Assembly: GCA_033442325.1 (NCBI GenBank)
Contig: JAWQFM010000003.1
Location: 1,961,490 to 2,025,489 of the forward strand
Length of the DNA: 64,000 bases
Direction: 5' to 3'
Origin: Salpingoeca rosetta
Lineage: Eukaryota > Protista > Choanoflagellata
Shown here piece by piece: positions 1 to 15,658 of the stretch. Under the pieces are notes generated by a model. That model was given only the letters and a program-made list of their open reading frames with translations, searched no databases and was not told where the DNA came from. Both the position numbers and the translations under genes were made by a program. Within the stretch, counting starts at the first letter, position 1, and the number at the start of each line of letters is the position of its first letter.

Positions 1-336
1 CTCTGCGGTGGCAGAGGACGCTGACGAGAGGGCGCGGGCAATCGAGCCAGGGTGCGTGTAACTGAGACGCACCTGCATCTTCCCAGTAGCATCCACAACA
101 ATGGAGGCATCGTAGTTACTGTCATCTTCCGTGGCAGTGATGCCTTTGTAGACTGCACCGGTGGAACCTGTCTCGCCCCGTCCCCTTCCCACCTCTTCCT
201 CCTCTTCCTCCTCCTCTTCTTCGCCAACCATGGAGATGGCTGGGTTGAAGCGCTGCCGCTGCTGTGGAGCGCGCAATGTCACCGCAGGTGCACGCTCCTG
301 CACAGCTGCATTCGTCGGTGCACTGGGGCGAGCAGG

Positions 337-411
<75 letters not shown>

Positions 412-1100
412 GTGTGGCGCACCACTGCGTCCCGACGGAACTGCCGCGTTAAGCCATGCCACATCTTACATCCCTTGTCCTATGCTTTCTATTCTGGACA
501 CGATGCACGGAACGCATCCCGCATATCTGGTGATATCAAAGAAACACTGCTGCAAGCGTAAGCCCGCAGCAAGACCGGAAGTGGACGAAGGTCCGGCTTT
601 GGTGAGGGATTAGGCAATAGCTACTGATTTGGACTTTGAGCGATGGCGTGGTGGAACCCCTACAAACCGGAGATAACAGGAGCAACGGGTACCTATTTAA
701 CGTATTGCTTGGCCACGTAGGCTTCAAACACAGGAGGAAGGTTATCTGGAGAACCAGTGCGGGGCGAGGGGGGCNNNNNNNNNNNNNNNNNNNNNNNNNN
801 NNNNNNNNNNNNNNNNNNNNNNNNNNNNNNNNNNNNNNNNNNNNNNNNNNNNNNNNNNNNNNNNNNNNNNNNNNGTGGCGGTGGTGGTGATGTGGAAGAG
901 GTGGTGGAGGGGCCTGCACCATCGTTGCAATCCTCACTGGCTGCCTGTGCGCATGAAGGCTTCAGCTTGGGCTTGCTCGACGGCGGAGGCGGCCGCGGCG
1001 GTGGTCGTGGCGGCGGCATTGTAGCTGCTGCTGCTTGTTTGTTGGTGTTTGTTGTTGGTGTTGGCTCGAACCAACTTTCATGCAATTTATGCTGTTGCAT
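1..1100 (-). CDS. Partial uncharacterised protein (Pro-rich N-terminal part, acidic exon); continues beyond the left edge
   Basis: After a (CA)n-cacag acceptor, the minus strand is open from 336 to the window edge (PARPSAPTNAAVQERAPAV...MVGEEEEEEEEEEVGRGRG...DDSNYDASIVVDATGKMQ). The Pro-rich ORF 693-1100 upstream is broken by an N-gap, so its linkage is uncertain. Confidence 0.4.
775..874. other. Assembly gap (100 N)
   Basis: Run of n. Confidence 0.99.
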
Positions 1101-1749
1101 GGAAGTTTTGTTTCCTTTGTTGGCTGCTGGCTGGCTTTGTTTGGCGGTCCTTTTACTTGCGAAGAGCAGAGCAACATGCCTCTATGCCTCGCGTACTTTC
1201 GTTTTCAACGCACACAGACACACAGACACACAGACACAAGACCAACACCGAGATACCGTCTCGCTGTCGCGTAAGGTCGAAACATCACATACACATCACA
1301 CAACATCACAAACACATCACATCACACAACACACATGCGTGCATTTCAGTACAATCAAGCAAGCAACAACTGAAGAATCAATAGAGAAACAAGGGGCGAC
1401 ACACAGCAGCCACGACGCGTGTTGACGCCTGACACGCGCATCTAAAAGGAAACATCACTCTCGCTCTGTTTTCACCGACTCTCTTCCCCCCCCCCCCCCA
1501 AAGCCAGCTCTCAATCAGAAAATCACAATACGGCAGCAGTGTCGAACGCAAATGGTGAATGCAGATGGTGGTTTAGACTGTACGTCGTGCTGGGGGAAGA
1601 GGGGGAACATCAACCCATTCCACCCGATTGTCACACGGCACCGGATGTCACATGACAGCGTTGTGTGCGTGCGTGTGTGACAAATGCCCAATGTCGTACA
1701 ACGGCACAACACCAGCATCATCATCAGCAGCACTAACACTGTCACCCTC

Positions 1750-3877
1750 TCAGTTCTTTTCGCCAGCTGGGTTTCCGACCCAGGGGAACTTCTTTGGGCA
1801 CTCCTCTGCGCACGTCTCGAGCGTGATGGGGTTGCCCGTGACAGGGTCTTGGAACCTGTGGTGAATCGACGGATAGAAGCAGGGAGGGGCGGCAGTGAGG
1901 GTGTGCACGGTTGAGGTCTCAAGTTGCACGCGATGGCAAGGAGAGGGAGGGACGGTATGTCGTGATTTGATGCATTCAACACACACACACACACACACAC
2001 ACACACCAAACAATACACGCACTCCCTCCCTCCCTCTCTCATACACACACGCACATACATAAATACACATGCACACATAAGTGAATACACACTCTCACAC
2101 ACATACATAAATACACACACGCACTCCCCGCCTCATACACACTCTCACAATACCAATCAACTTACACGCATTTCTTTGCCTCTGCGGCTGTGCAGGGCGG
2201 GGGGCCTTCCACCTCTGTGTCGCACTGCCACGAGTCCAGCTTGAACACGCGGTCCAGCGAGACGGGCGTGTGCATCCAGTCGAGGGCCTGCGCCTGGGAC
2301 ACCATGTACACTTCGTCGTGTCGCAACAGCTCGTCGATAAACTCGTCCAGCGCCTCGAGCACGTGCGGGTAGTTGTCGAACCACGACGCGTGCATGTACA
2401 TGTTGAAAGGGGCGCGGTTCTCGTTGAAGTGGCGGTTGAAGTTGTGGCGGAAGTACTGCAGCGCAGCCTTCTTTGTGGGTGGCGCATACTCGTCAGCCAT
2501 CCTGCAATTTGAGATACAGAGACCGCGAGAGAGAGAGAGAGGTGGAAGGGGGAAGCGCGAGAGGGGCAGTTGTGCGTGGGTGTGCGTGGTGAGCGCGTAG
2601 AAGGAAAGGGTTTGTTGTGCTGGGCCATAGACGTACGTTACGTAGTAGAAGGGGGGCAAAACGGAGGGAATCGGGAACATGCACGTGTTCATGCACTCTT
2701 GCTCACTCGCAAACACATACACACACACACATACACACACACACAACACAGACTCACATACACACACACACACACAAAATACACAAAACACACAAAACAC
2801 ACATACACATCACTCACCCGTAGCGAACGGAGCCGTCGACGGACTCCCACTGCGTGACGGGAAATTCCCACAGGCCTTGGTACGAGTACTGGGCCGGGCA
2901 CGGCTCAACAACACACGTGGTGGACTTGACCCAGTCCAGCGTGTACGGGTACAGCGGCGGGTTGGTGAAGTCCTTCTCAATGAGGGTTGAGTCGCGGTTG
3001 AAGCCGTTGCGGGCGAGCGCAATGAACTGCTGGTCGCCACCGGGCTGCAGGAAGGGCGCGCGGAAGCCCGTCACCTGGTTGGAGGGAACAAAGGCAAAGT
3101 TGCGGATGATTTCGCGCTGCCCGAGAATCTCCTCCTCCCACGCGTCCGTGTGGGTGTGGCTGATGGTGTGGGACGCAATCTCGTGCCTGTCGTGGTAGAG
3201 GCTCTGCAGATGATGGGATGGGATGGGATGGGATGAAAAGTGGGGTGTGTGTGGGGGGGGGGACGTGAGCGTTGGGAAGGGTGTGGAGGAATGCAGTGGT
3301 AGGCAGGCAGATGTGGGTATGTCGACATAGCATGTGAGAAATGTGGGCATAGAGTCGAGACAGAGTGAACAAGCAAGCACACGAAAAAGCATGCAAACAC
3401 ATTTGCACACACATGCACAAACAAATGACGCACATGCGCGCGCACAGACATGCACACACGCGGAAGCACACAGGCACACACCTGGACGAGGCGGTAGTTT
3501 GTGAAGCGGTGGGAGACGAAGAAGGTGGACGTGATGGGGCAGTTGTTGGGGTTCTTGCGGTTGCGGAAGAGGCGCTCGTAGTACGGGTAGACCTCGTTGT
3601 TGATGGCGTCGTCGAAGGTGAGCATGACAATCTGCGGCACATCTGCCACGGGGAGGTCGCGCGGCGGTGTTGTCTGGCCGATGCACCCGCAGTCTGGCAG
3701 CTGCAGCACGCAATGAAGACGGGGCACAGAAGCAGTACCAGGGGCAGATAAGGTGGAGCACAGTGAGTGTGAGACTCGATGGGTGTTGGGAGAATTACAG
3801 GGCTCACACACGCACAAGTGCACACGCACACACACGCACACGCACACACACAGACACACAGACACACAGACACACAG

Positions 3878-3911
<34 letters not shown>

Positions 3912-3931
3912 ACACACACACACACACACAG

Positions 3932-3966
<35 letters not shown>

Positions 3967-4464
3967 ATTGTGTCAACTCACCACGCAAGCGTTGGGGGAG
4001 CACTCCGAGGTTTTCCTGGTTACAATGGGCAAGGGATCCGGTAGCACGTCGCGGAAGGCGTATGGGCTCTCCGTGGAACTGGAATCGGGGGCGTCGTCGT
4101 TGTCGGGCATGAAGGTGGTGAGGAAGGAGGTGGTGTAGATGCCGTTGCTGCCGCTGGATTGCGACTTCTTGGGGCCAAGGACGCCGTCGCCATACAGCCC
4201 GGCGAGCACGAGGCCGGCGATGAGGAGCAGGAACAGGAAGAACTTGAAGGGCGTGCACAGGCAGAGCTCGCTGTAGTCGTAGTTCTCCTCAAGCTCGTCA
4301 ATGGTGTATGGCCCGCCCTGCTGGCGGGAGACGATCATCTGCTTCTCCATGGCAAACTGCGGGTTTGGCATCTGCACGATGGAGGAGCCGCGATCGCCGT
4401 CGCTGCCGCCCATGCTGCTGGCTGCAGCCAGCTCTCGCCGCTTGGCCTTCGTTGTTGCGCGCAT
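1750..4464 (-). CDS. Polysaccharide/chitin deacetylase-like protein (CE4, arthropod CDA-like), predicted type II membrane protein, 5 exons
   Basis: Exons approx. 3981-4464, 3482-3706, 2818-3206, 2166-2502, 1750-1855, with GT/AG ends. Motifs: CQLPDCGC, PQIVMLTFDDAIN (CE4 motif 1), HEIASHTISH (metal-binding His), GFRAPFL, PPLYPYTLD, NRAPFNMYMH, and a C-terminal TCAEECPKKFPWVGNP. Hydrophobic anchor FFLFLLLIAGLVLAGLY. Start codon uncertain. Confidence 0.85.
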
Positions 4465-5813
4465 TGCAAATGGAAGGGAAGAAGAAAGGAAGGAAGGAAG
4501 CAGATATGTGGGTCGCGGGACAGGAACAAGGGGGGGGGAGGCAAGGAAGGGGAAGTGTGTGGGGGAGTAGGCGAGACGAATCAATGAGTAGCTGCTGGAA
4601 CACAGCCAGATGCACACGCGTGGAGGAGACTCTTGCGTCCACGAGCGAGCGCTTCACAGCAACGAGAGGTGGGAATGGGAGAGGATGGCGGAGAGGTGAG
4701 AAAGAGGGAGTGCAGAGAAGGGAAAAGAGGGAGGAGAAATGTCGTCGTCGACGCAGAAGAAGCAAGCAGAACAAGCAAGCAGAACAAGCAAGCAGACGAC
4801 GAAACAAAACCAGCTCCGGCAACCAAACAATGTGGGGGAGAATGTGTCGGGTGCGTGCTGTGCGTGTTGTGTGCTGTTTGCTGCTGCTGCTGTGTATGTG
4901 TGTGCACAAAAACTTGCTGCTATGCGAATGCCATGCCAGCGCTGCGTGTCCTCAGTGACGAGCCATGCTGCCAAGACACAGCCCAGACAACTGCCGCAGA
5001 TGCCAAGCGAGCTTTGCGATCCTCATTCGCCACCCTGTCCTTCAACATCGCATCGCGCAACGCGCTTCGCCACTTCGCTCCATGTAATTTACACGACACC
5101 ACAAAAGTGCTGAAACAAACGGAAATTTGACTTTCATGATGTCAAAATTGACTAATTGAAAAATATAAAAAAAAATTGGTGTATGCGTGCCAGCCTGAAA
5201 CGAACTCGCACCAGCCAGCCAAAAGCCAACAACCACCACACACATCCGTTTTCCACACACACACGCACACGCAGCTCCGCACCATCAACGGGCACGACGA
5301 CAAACCCCCCTCCTCCTCCTGTCAACAACAACAACAACAACAACAAAGCAACGACGATCTGAGTGAGAAGCAGACCACATTCGATTCTTTGCTGCATCAA
5401 GGCCCCAACGTACGTGTGCCCGTCACCCAATCAATCACATCAAATCAATCAAGCTGATCCGCAGACAAGCCAGGTGAGGAGGAGGAGGAGGTGTTTCGCA
5501 CTCTCTGATCATCTCATGTGATGTGACACCACCATGATTCTGATCTCGGAACGTGGTCGTGGTTCTTGGGGATGGGGAAGGGATGATGATGCCATCCATC
5601 ATATGTCTGTGTGTGTGTGTGTGCTTTTGGTGAACGCTTTGCTGTTGGGTACATGCGTGCGTGCGTTGGGCTCGATTCATTCACGCGTGACACATGTATG
5701 GGTCGTCCCTTTCTGCCCGCAACTCGTGTGCGTCGCTGACGACAGGGGTTGCTTCGCGACGTCCAGCACGACCACCACCGTCACCGTCACCACCCACACA
5801 AACACAACCAGCC

Positions 5814-9631
<3,818 letters not shown>

Positions 9632-10037
9632 ACACTTCACCAGGCTTTTTTTTTGCTCGTGTGCCACATCACCTGCTGTTTGGCTGCTGTTTCATGCCGT
9701 TGGTGCCGTTGTCGTCGTCATCTTGTGCAATACGACTGTCACTCTCCTCTTTGTTGGGTGGGGGACACGCACTGCACACTGCGCCACTGCATTCTTGCCT
9801 GTGCCCTTTCCTTTTTGCCTTGGTGCCTTGCGTGTTTTGTCATTGTCTTCATTCTGCCTACGCTCTCTGTGATGCTCGCTCGTTCTTCGCATGCGTGCGT
9901 GTCTCTTGTTCTGTCGCTCCGCATTGTTGCTTCTTTGCTTGGTCTTCCCTTTTTGCTGCTTAGCTGCTCCTTGCTCGCTTGCTTGTGCCTTGTCATTCAT
10001 ACAATACCGCCAGAGAACCCACGTACGTTGCATTGCA

Positions 10038-10114
<77 letters not shown>

Positions 10115-10145
10115 CACGCACGGCACTTTTACTTGCGCTGACACG

Positions 10146-11903
10146 ATGTTGAGGAACAACGGCTGCGGGTGTATTGTGGTTGTGCTTGCTTTGTTTGCAA
10201 GCAGCATCGCTCTTGGCGTGCCGCTCGCGGCGGATGGTGACGGCGCAGACCACGCATGTGTGGTGCATGCACGCATGCACCGCGTGCAGCGTCCCCAACA
10301 CCTCGCTGAAGCCCAGGTGTGCGAGCACTTTGTCTACGACGCATGGGAGCTGGACGGGCTTGCGGCGGTCTTGCGCGAGTGCTCCTTCAGCCCAACGGCC
10401 GTCCTTCAGTTTGCCGAGCAGCCAATCCGCGCCCCAGCGTCAAACAGCGAGCGCAGCCGTCTCGCCAACAACCGTGCTGACCACCCAATGATGCACACCG
10501 TCGACGTTGCACGACCACCACCGACGGCCGATGCGCGACGCGGCGATGGCGATGGCAACGACGACGTCCGCACGGGCGACGACAAGGGCGACCGCACGTA
10601 TCCAGACCTCGACCTGCCCATGCAAGGGGTGAAGCTCAGGCATGTCAAGTCCAAGAAAGAGTGGCCACGCGCTCTCGTGCGCTCTGCACGGCAGGGCAAA
10701 GCAAGCAGGCGCCCCAACAGCGCTAATCCCTCGAGGTCATCCATGACAACTGCAGGCACGGGCGTCCTCGTGCATGGCGCTTACGGTGCTGGGTGTCTTG
10801 TGTTTACGCCCCTGTTTCGCTCCACCGCGTTTGCATGGACATACGCCCTTGAAACAGCCAGCGTGAGCGCCTTGAAGCAGACACAGTCCCACAGCACGGC
10901 GCCTACAACCATCATAGCCCCTGTCCTGGTGATTGAGCACGAAACCCTCTTGCTTGCAGGCACCAGTAACGCTGCCTTGCGAGCACACACACCCTTGAAC
11001 ACACGGCCCTTGCGTGATGGTGCCCCACACCAGCGTGGCCACCAAGCACCATCGCCAGCCATCCCAGCCGCAACATCTGCGTCATCACCGCTCGCAAGAC
11101 GCGGCCAACGCGGTGGCCAGCCGTTGGCGTCGCACGTGCTGTGGTCCTGCGACCAGCGCCGCGCCGATGGGTTCTTCGCTGCCCACGGCACTGCCGTCGG
11201 TGAGCGGGAAGGGAACGCGCGCCTGCAGCACTTTCGCGACCTGTCGCTGGACCTGCTGCGATCAGTCAGCCGCGTGCTGGACACGCTGATGATCCCGTAT
11301 TGGATCGGCAGCGGCACGCTGCTCGGCTACTATCGGCAGTGCGACTTTATCGACTACTCGAACGACGTCGACATTGGCATGTTCATTGAGGACTACGACC
11401 CGGGCATGGTGGCAGCGTTTGAGGACGTTGGGCTGCGTCTCTCGCACCGCTTCGGCATCCCTAGCGACGGCTTTGAGCTTTCGTTCAGCAAGATGAGTCG
11501 CGATGGAGAGCAGCTGAAGGTGGACGTGTTCTTCTTCTACCACGAGCGTGACCAGCGCGATGGCGTGGAACGCGTGTGGAACGGCGGCACGCAGGCGCGC
11601 ACGGGCAACAAGTACAAGTACGTGTTCCCGCCGTTTGACCTGTGCTGGACGCGTTTCTTCGACCTTCTTGTGCGCATCCCGTGCAACGCCGAAGCGTACG
11701 TTCGCGCAAACTACGGCGATGACTGGATGACGCCTGTGACGCACTGGGACTGGAAGGCCAGCCCGCCCAACGTGCAGCGCAATGGGCAGTGGCCCCGGTC
11801 CCTGTGGCAGGTCGCCGTGCAGTGCGACGTGTGCCAGTTTCCCATCACGCGTGATGATGCCTTGACCGACGCCTGGGGCAATCCCTTGCTTACCATGTCT
11901 TAA
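10146..11903 (+). CDS. FKTN: Fukutin homologue (LicD-family ribitol-phosphate-transferase-like), single exon, N-terminal signal anchor
   Basis: The C-terminal domain tracks human fukutin as recalled: YWIGSGTLLGYYRQCDFIDYSNDVDIG (DxD motif), LKVDVFFFY, WNGGTQARTGNKYKYVFPPFDLCWT, IPCNAEAYVRANYG, WDWKASPPNVQRNGQWP. Hydrophobic N-terminus CIVVVLALFASSIALG. Confidence 0.88.
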   Translation: MLRNNGCGCIVVVLALFASSIALGVPLAADGDGADHACVVHARMHRVQRPQHLAEAQVCEHFVYDAWELDGLAAVLRECSFSPTAVLQFAEQPIRAPASNSERSRLANNRADHPMMHTVDVARPPPTADARRGDGDGNDDVRTGDDKGDRTYPDLDLPMQGVKLRHVKSKKEWPRALVRSARQGKASRRPNSANPSRSSMTTAGTGVLVHGAYGAGCLVFTPLFRSTAFAWTYALETASVSALKQTQSHSTAPTTIIAPVLVIEHETLLLAGTSNAALRAHTPLNTRPLRDGAPHQRGHQAPSPAIPAATSASSPLARRGQRGGQPLASHVLWSCDQRRADGFFAAHGTAVGEREGNARLQHFRDLSLDLLRSVSRVLDTLMIPYWIGSGTLLGYYRQCDFIDYSNDVDIGMFIEDYDPGMVAAFEDVGLRLSHRFGIPSDGFELSFSKMSRDGEQLKVDVFFFYHERDQRDGVERVWNGGTQARTGNKYKYVFPPFDLCWTRFFDLLVRIPCNAEAYVRANYGDDWMTPVTHWDWKASPPNVQRNGQWPRSLWQVAVQCDVCQFPITRDDALTDAWGNPLLTMS

Positions 11904-12479
11904 AACCTCACTCTATGCGTGACTGTGCGGCTGTGTGTGTGTGTGTGTGTGTGTGCGCGGGGGGGGGGGGGGTTATGTCTGTGCGTCTGCGTGTCTGCGT
12001 GTCAGTGTGTCTGTTGGTTGTGTGTGCGTGAGTTTGTTACGTTATGGTATGTCTCTTTGCGTCTCTTGGTTGTGCTGTGTGCATCTCTTCTTCTTCTTCT
12101 TCTTCTTCTTCTTCTTCTTCTTCTTCTTTTTCTTCTTCTTCTTCTTCTTCTTCGTCTTCTTGCCTTCCCGCATGCTGGCTGTCAAGCTCAGTGTGAGCCA
12201 CACTCTGCTTTCAGAGTTAACTTATTCAAGGCAGTACACCACCAACGAGTTCAAGAATCAACATCACACACGCGTGCGGTCCAAAACCAAACAAGCAAGA
12301 TGGAAAGCGGTGTGTGGTTCTGCAGCCAAGATGGTCTTGAAGACGCAGATCCTTGACACGCTCACCCACTCACCCACTCACACTCACCCACTCACACACA
12401 CACTCACACACACACTCACACACACACTCACACACTCACACACTCACACACTCGGTCACAAGCTCACCCACTCCTTGGA

Positions 12480-13862
12480 TTAGAGCTCCGAGACAATGTT
12501 CTCGGCGTAGTCGTAGTCGTTGTCGCCCAGACGAAATCTGGAGGTTTGCCTCTGCCGTGTCGGGGGCTGCGCCGAGCGTTGTTGCGAATGGTGTGGTGCC
12601 GGTGCTGGCGGCGGTCCATGCGTTGTTGTTGTTGTTGTGGTGGTGGGCGACGGATGGTGCTGTCGCCTCAGCTTGTGGGCGGCACCGCGAATCCAGGCCG
12701 GCACAAATGCCCTGGCAGGCCGTGGCGCAGCAACACGTTGATGCTGCGATTCTGCTGCTGCTGCTGCTGATGATGATGATGATGCTTCTGGTGCCGGCGT
12801 TGTTGTGCTTGCATGTGCAGTCATGTGGGTTGCATCAGTGGCGGCGCTTGCGGCGTACGTGGAGTATGCGTCTGAGTATGCACTGGAGTAGACGTCGGAG
12901 TATGGCATGCTGGAGGAGGCCAGGCTGGCGTTGTCCCAGGCCGCGTCGGAGTAGCCCATCTCGGAGTATGCCACCGAGTCTGTGTGGCCGTACTCGTCGT
13001 ATTCGGGGACGCCGGCCAGGGTTCCCACGCGCTGTCGATCACGCATGACGCTGGCGCGAGCAAGGCGGACAAACTCCTGCGATGGCTGGCGGCTGAAGCG
13101 ATGCATGGGTTCACTCATCTGGCTGTCGCTGCGCATTAGCGGGAGCGCAGATGCCCTGCGCACCACCTGTCGCCGGCGCTGGCTGCGCGCCACCAACTTC
13201 ATGCGCACGGCACCGTAGGTGGCCAGCGCCACAACCACGACGATGACCACGCAGAAGATGGCCACCGCGGTTGGGTTGTCGCCCAGGCGCCATGGGCCAG
13301 AGGTCTCGGGCGGCGGCTCCGTCGCGTTGCGGGCGCTCGGCAGCTCCGCTGTGGACACGGCAGAGGAGCTGTCATCCTTGGATTGGGACATGGCTGCCAC
13401 GCCCGGGGAGCAGAGGGTGACGCCACGGAACACGACGCAGATTGGGGTCCGCGCCGCCGCAATCGCCGCCACACACGCGCTCCCGCACTGCAGCTCCACC
13501 TCCACCAGCGGCTGCGCCGTAGTGCTCGGAGCACTGGAGGGAGGCGCGTCTGCGCCTGTGTGTGGCGGTACTGTCGACGAGAAGGTGGGTGCTGCGTGGC
13601 AGGAGACGGCAGAGAAGAGCTCGTACTTGAGGCCGAGCGTGTCGTGCATGTGCTCCAGCACTAGCGCGGTCATGAGCTTGCAGTTGGCCGAATCCTCCGT
13701 GTGCATGTACAGCGGGAAGCTTGCGTTGAACCGCAGATCGACCCAGCCTGACGAGGACGCAGCCATCGCTGTGCCCAGGCACTGCAGCAGCATCAGCGCC
13801 ACCACAGCCACCACCGGCAGCACACAAGGTGGGGGTGAACTGGACGTAGTTCGCACAGCCAT
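12480..13862 (-). CDS. Uncharacterised type I single-pass membrane protein with a Tyr-rich cytoplasmic tail, single exon (~460 aa)
   Basis: Signal peptide (VLPVVAVVALMLLQCLGTAMA), small Cys-containing ectodomain with S/T/P linkers, TM segment AVAIFCVVIVVVVALATYGAV followed by RMK..RRR, clustered Tyr motifs, C-terminus ...DYDYAENIVSEL. Confidence 0.75.
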   Translation of the reverse strand: MAVRTTSSSPPPCVLPVVAVVALMLLQCLGTAMAASSSGWVDLRFNASFPLYMHTEDSANCKLMTALVLEHMHDTLGLKYELFSAVSCHAAPTFSSTVPPHTGADAPPSSAPSTTAQPLVEVELQCGSACVAAIAAARTPICVVFRGVTLCSPGVAAMSQSKDDSSSAVSTAELPSARNATEPPPETSGPWRLGDNPTAVAIFCVVIVVVVALATYGAVRMKLVARSQRRRQVVRRASALPLMRSDSQMSEPMHRFSRQPSQEFVRLARASVMRDRQRVGTLAGVPEYDEYGHTDSVAYSEMGYSDAAWDNASLASSSMPYSDVYSSAYSDAYSTYAASAATDATHMTAHASTTTPAPEASSSSSAAAAAESQHQRVAAPRPARAFVPAWIRGAAHKLRRQHHPSPTTTTTTTTHGPPPAPAPHHSQQRSAQPPTRQRQTSRFRLGDNDYDYAENIVSEL

Positions 13863-14024
13863 ATTGGCAGTGGTTGCTTGGTGGGGAGAGGGTGATGGAA
13901 AGTGCGTGCGCTGCTTGTATGTGTGTGCTTGTGTGTGTGTATGCTTGTATGTGTGTGTGTGTGCTTGTGTGTGCTTGTGTGTGCTTGTGTGTGCTTGTGT
14001 GTGCTTGTGTGTGCTTGTGTGTGC

Positions 14025-14057
<33 letters not shown>

Positions 14058-14508
14058 CACGCTGCTTGTGCTCGCTCTCGCAGCTCAGTTTTTTTTGTTG
14101 TTCACGGTAACGGAGGTCGCATGCATCGCGAACATGCCATTCCTTGCAGGCATTCGAGCCATTTCGGTGCCTCGAAACGCAGCAACACAACTTTTTGGGC
14201 ATTTTGAAAAGTTGTGGACGTTTGTTCTTCTTTTTGTTCTTCTTTTGACATGACTACACCAAACGAATGAAGCATGTATTCGCATATGTGTGTGAACACC
14301 AACACACCAACACGTCAACACATCAACACATCAACACGTCCAGGGAACAAGCAGCACGACCGTGACTGTTGTGGTGCCGACAAACAGAAAAAGAGTCACA
14401 ACAGCAACGGCAAACAAAGACACACAAACCACGAGCAGGAACAGAAACGTCAACGGCAGACAGCAGCAACAGCGACGTGGCATGTCATGACACCCCCAAC
14501 GAGGCAGG

Positions 14509-15563
14509 CTAAGATGCTGGCGGGGCAGCGAGCGCGGTGTGCGTCTTGCGGCGCCACTTAATGGCAGCCACAGCCGTGTTGGCGGCGGCGGTGAACAGCT
14601 TGAGCGACGCGGCCTCACACGCGCGCACCGTCCGCTGCACCGTGTCCATCAGGTTCTGCAACGCAAACACAAACAAAACCAAGTTGGGTAAGGGTAAAAC
14701 CAACAAGATTGTTGTTGTTTAAGTTGTTGTTTAAGTTGTTGTTGTTTAAGTTGTTGTTGTTGTTGTTTAAATTGTTGTTGTTTGAGTTGTTGTTGTTGTT
14801 GTTGTTGTTTAAGTTGTTGTTGTTGTTGTTGTGGTTGTTGTTGTTGTTGTTGTTTAAGTTGTTGTTGTTGTTGTTGTTGTTGTCCACAGAAAGACGTGGG
14901 CGTGCAAGAGGGGGGGGGGCATGTGTGAGGCCTGCAAGAGGCGGCAAGCAGGCAAAACTGCACAGGCATGCACAGCATGTGGTAAAAGCGCACCTGAGCG
15001 TTCTTGATGAGCATGGCGTCTGCATCGCTGCTCTGCGAAGACGATGCGGCCTTCACAGACGCAATGATCCTGGACGGAATGGATGAATGCAGAGGAAGTG
15101 ACACGTGTGCGCGTGCGTGTGTGCGTGCGCGTGAATGGGAAGGGCGGGTGGTGATGGCAACAGCTTCACACCAGCAGAGAAGTATATCGACCACACACAC
15201 AAACAGACACACACAAACAGACACACACACAGACACACACACACACAAAATACACGCACAAAATATACACACACATAAACACACGTGTACGTGCCCACAA
15301 ACGCACTTGAGCTGGGTGGAGATGGTTGGAAGGCGGTCGCAGAGATACAGAAGATCGGCCTTGAGGCGCTTGTCTGAGCAGTTCTCAGCAACATCCATCG
15401 CCTGCAAGCGAATGCTCTTGGCCTGCTCCGCAATGCCCTGCAGGTAACAATTGGACAACACTCACACATCATCAGTTCAATCGGGATTGCATACACGACA
15501 GGCACGTCGAAGAGGGAAATCCGCGCACACACAAGCTCTGACACTTGCCTTGCATTGCACACA

Positions 15564-15658
<95 letters not shown>

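Noticed and set aside
430-774. Non-repetitive, lower-GC patch that might be a transposon fragment
   Set aside because: No terminal repeats, target-site duplication or transposase/RT motifs are visible, and it abuts a gap.
14709-14882. Possible polyQ/polyN coding exon in the vinculin-like gene
   Set aside because: It is bounded by a GT donor after LIKNAQ and an AG acceptor before NLMDTV, and the conserved tail reads through only if it is spliced out.
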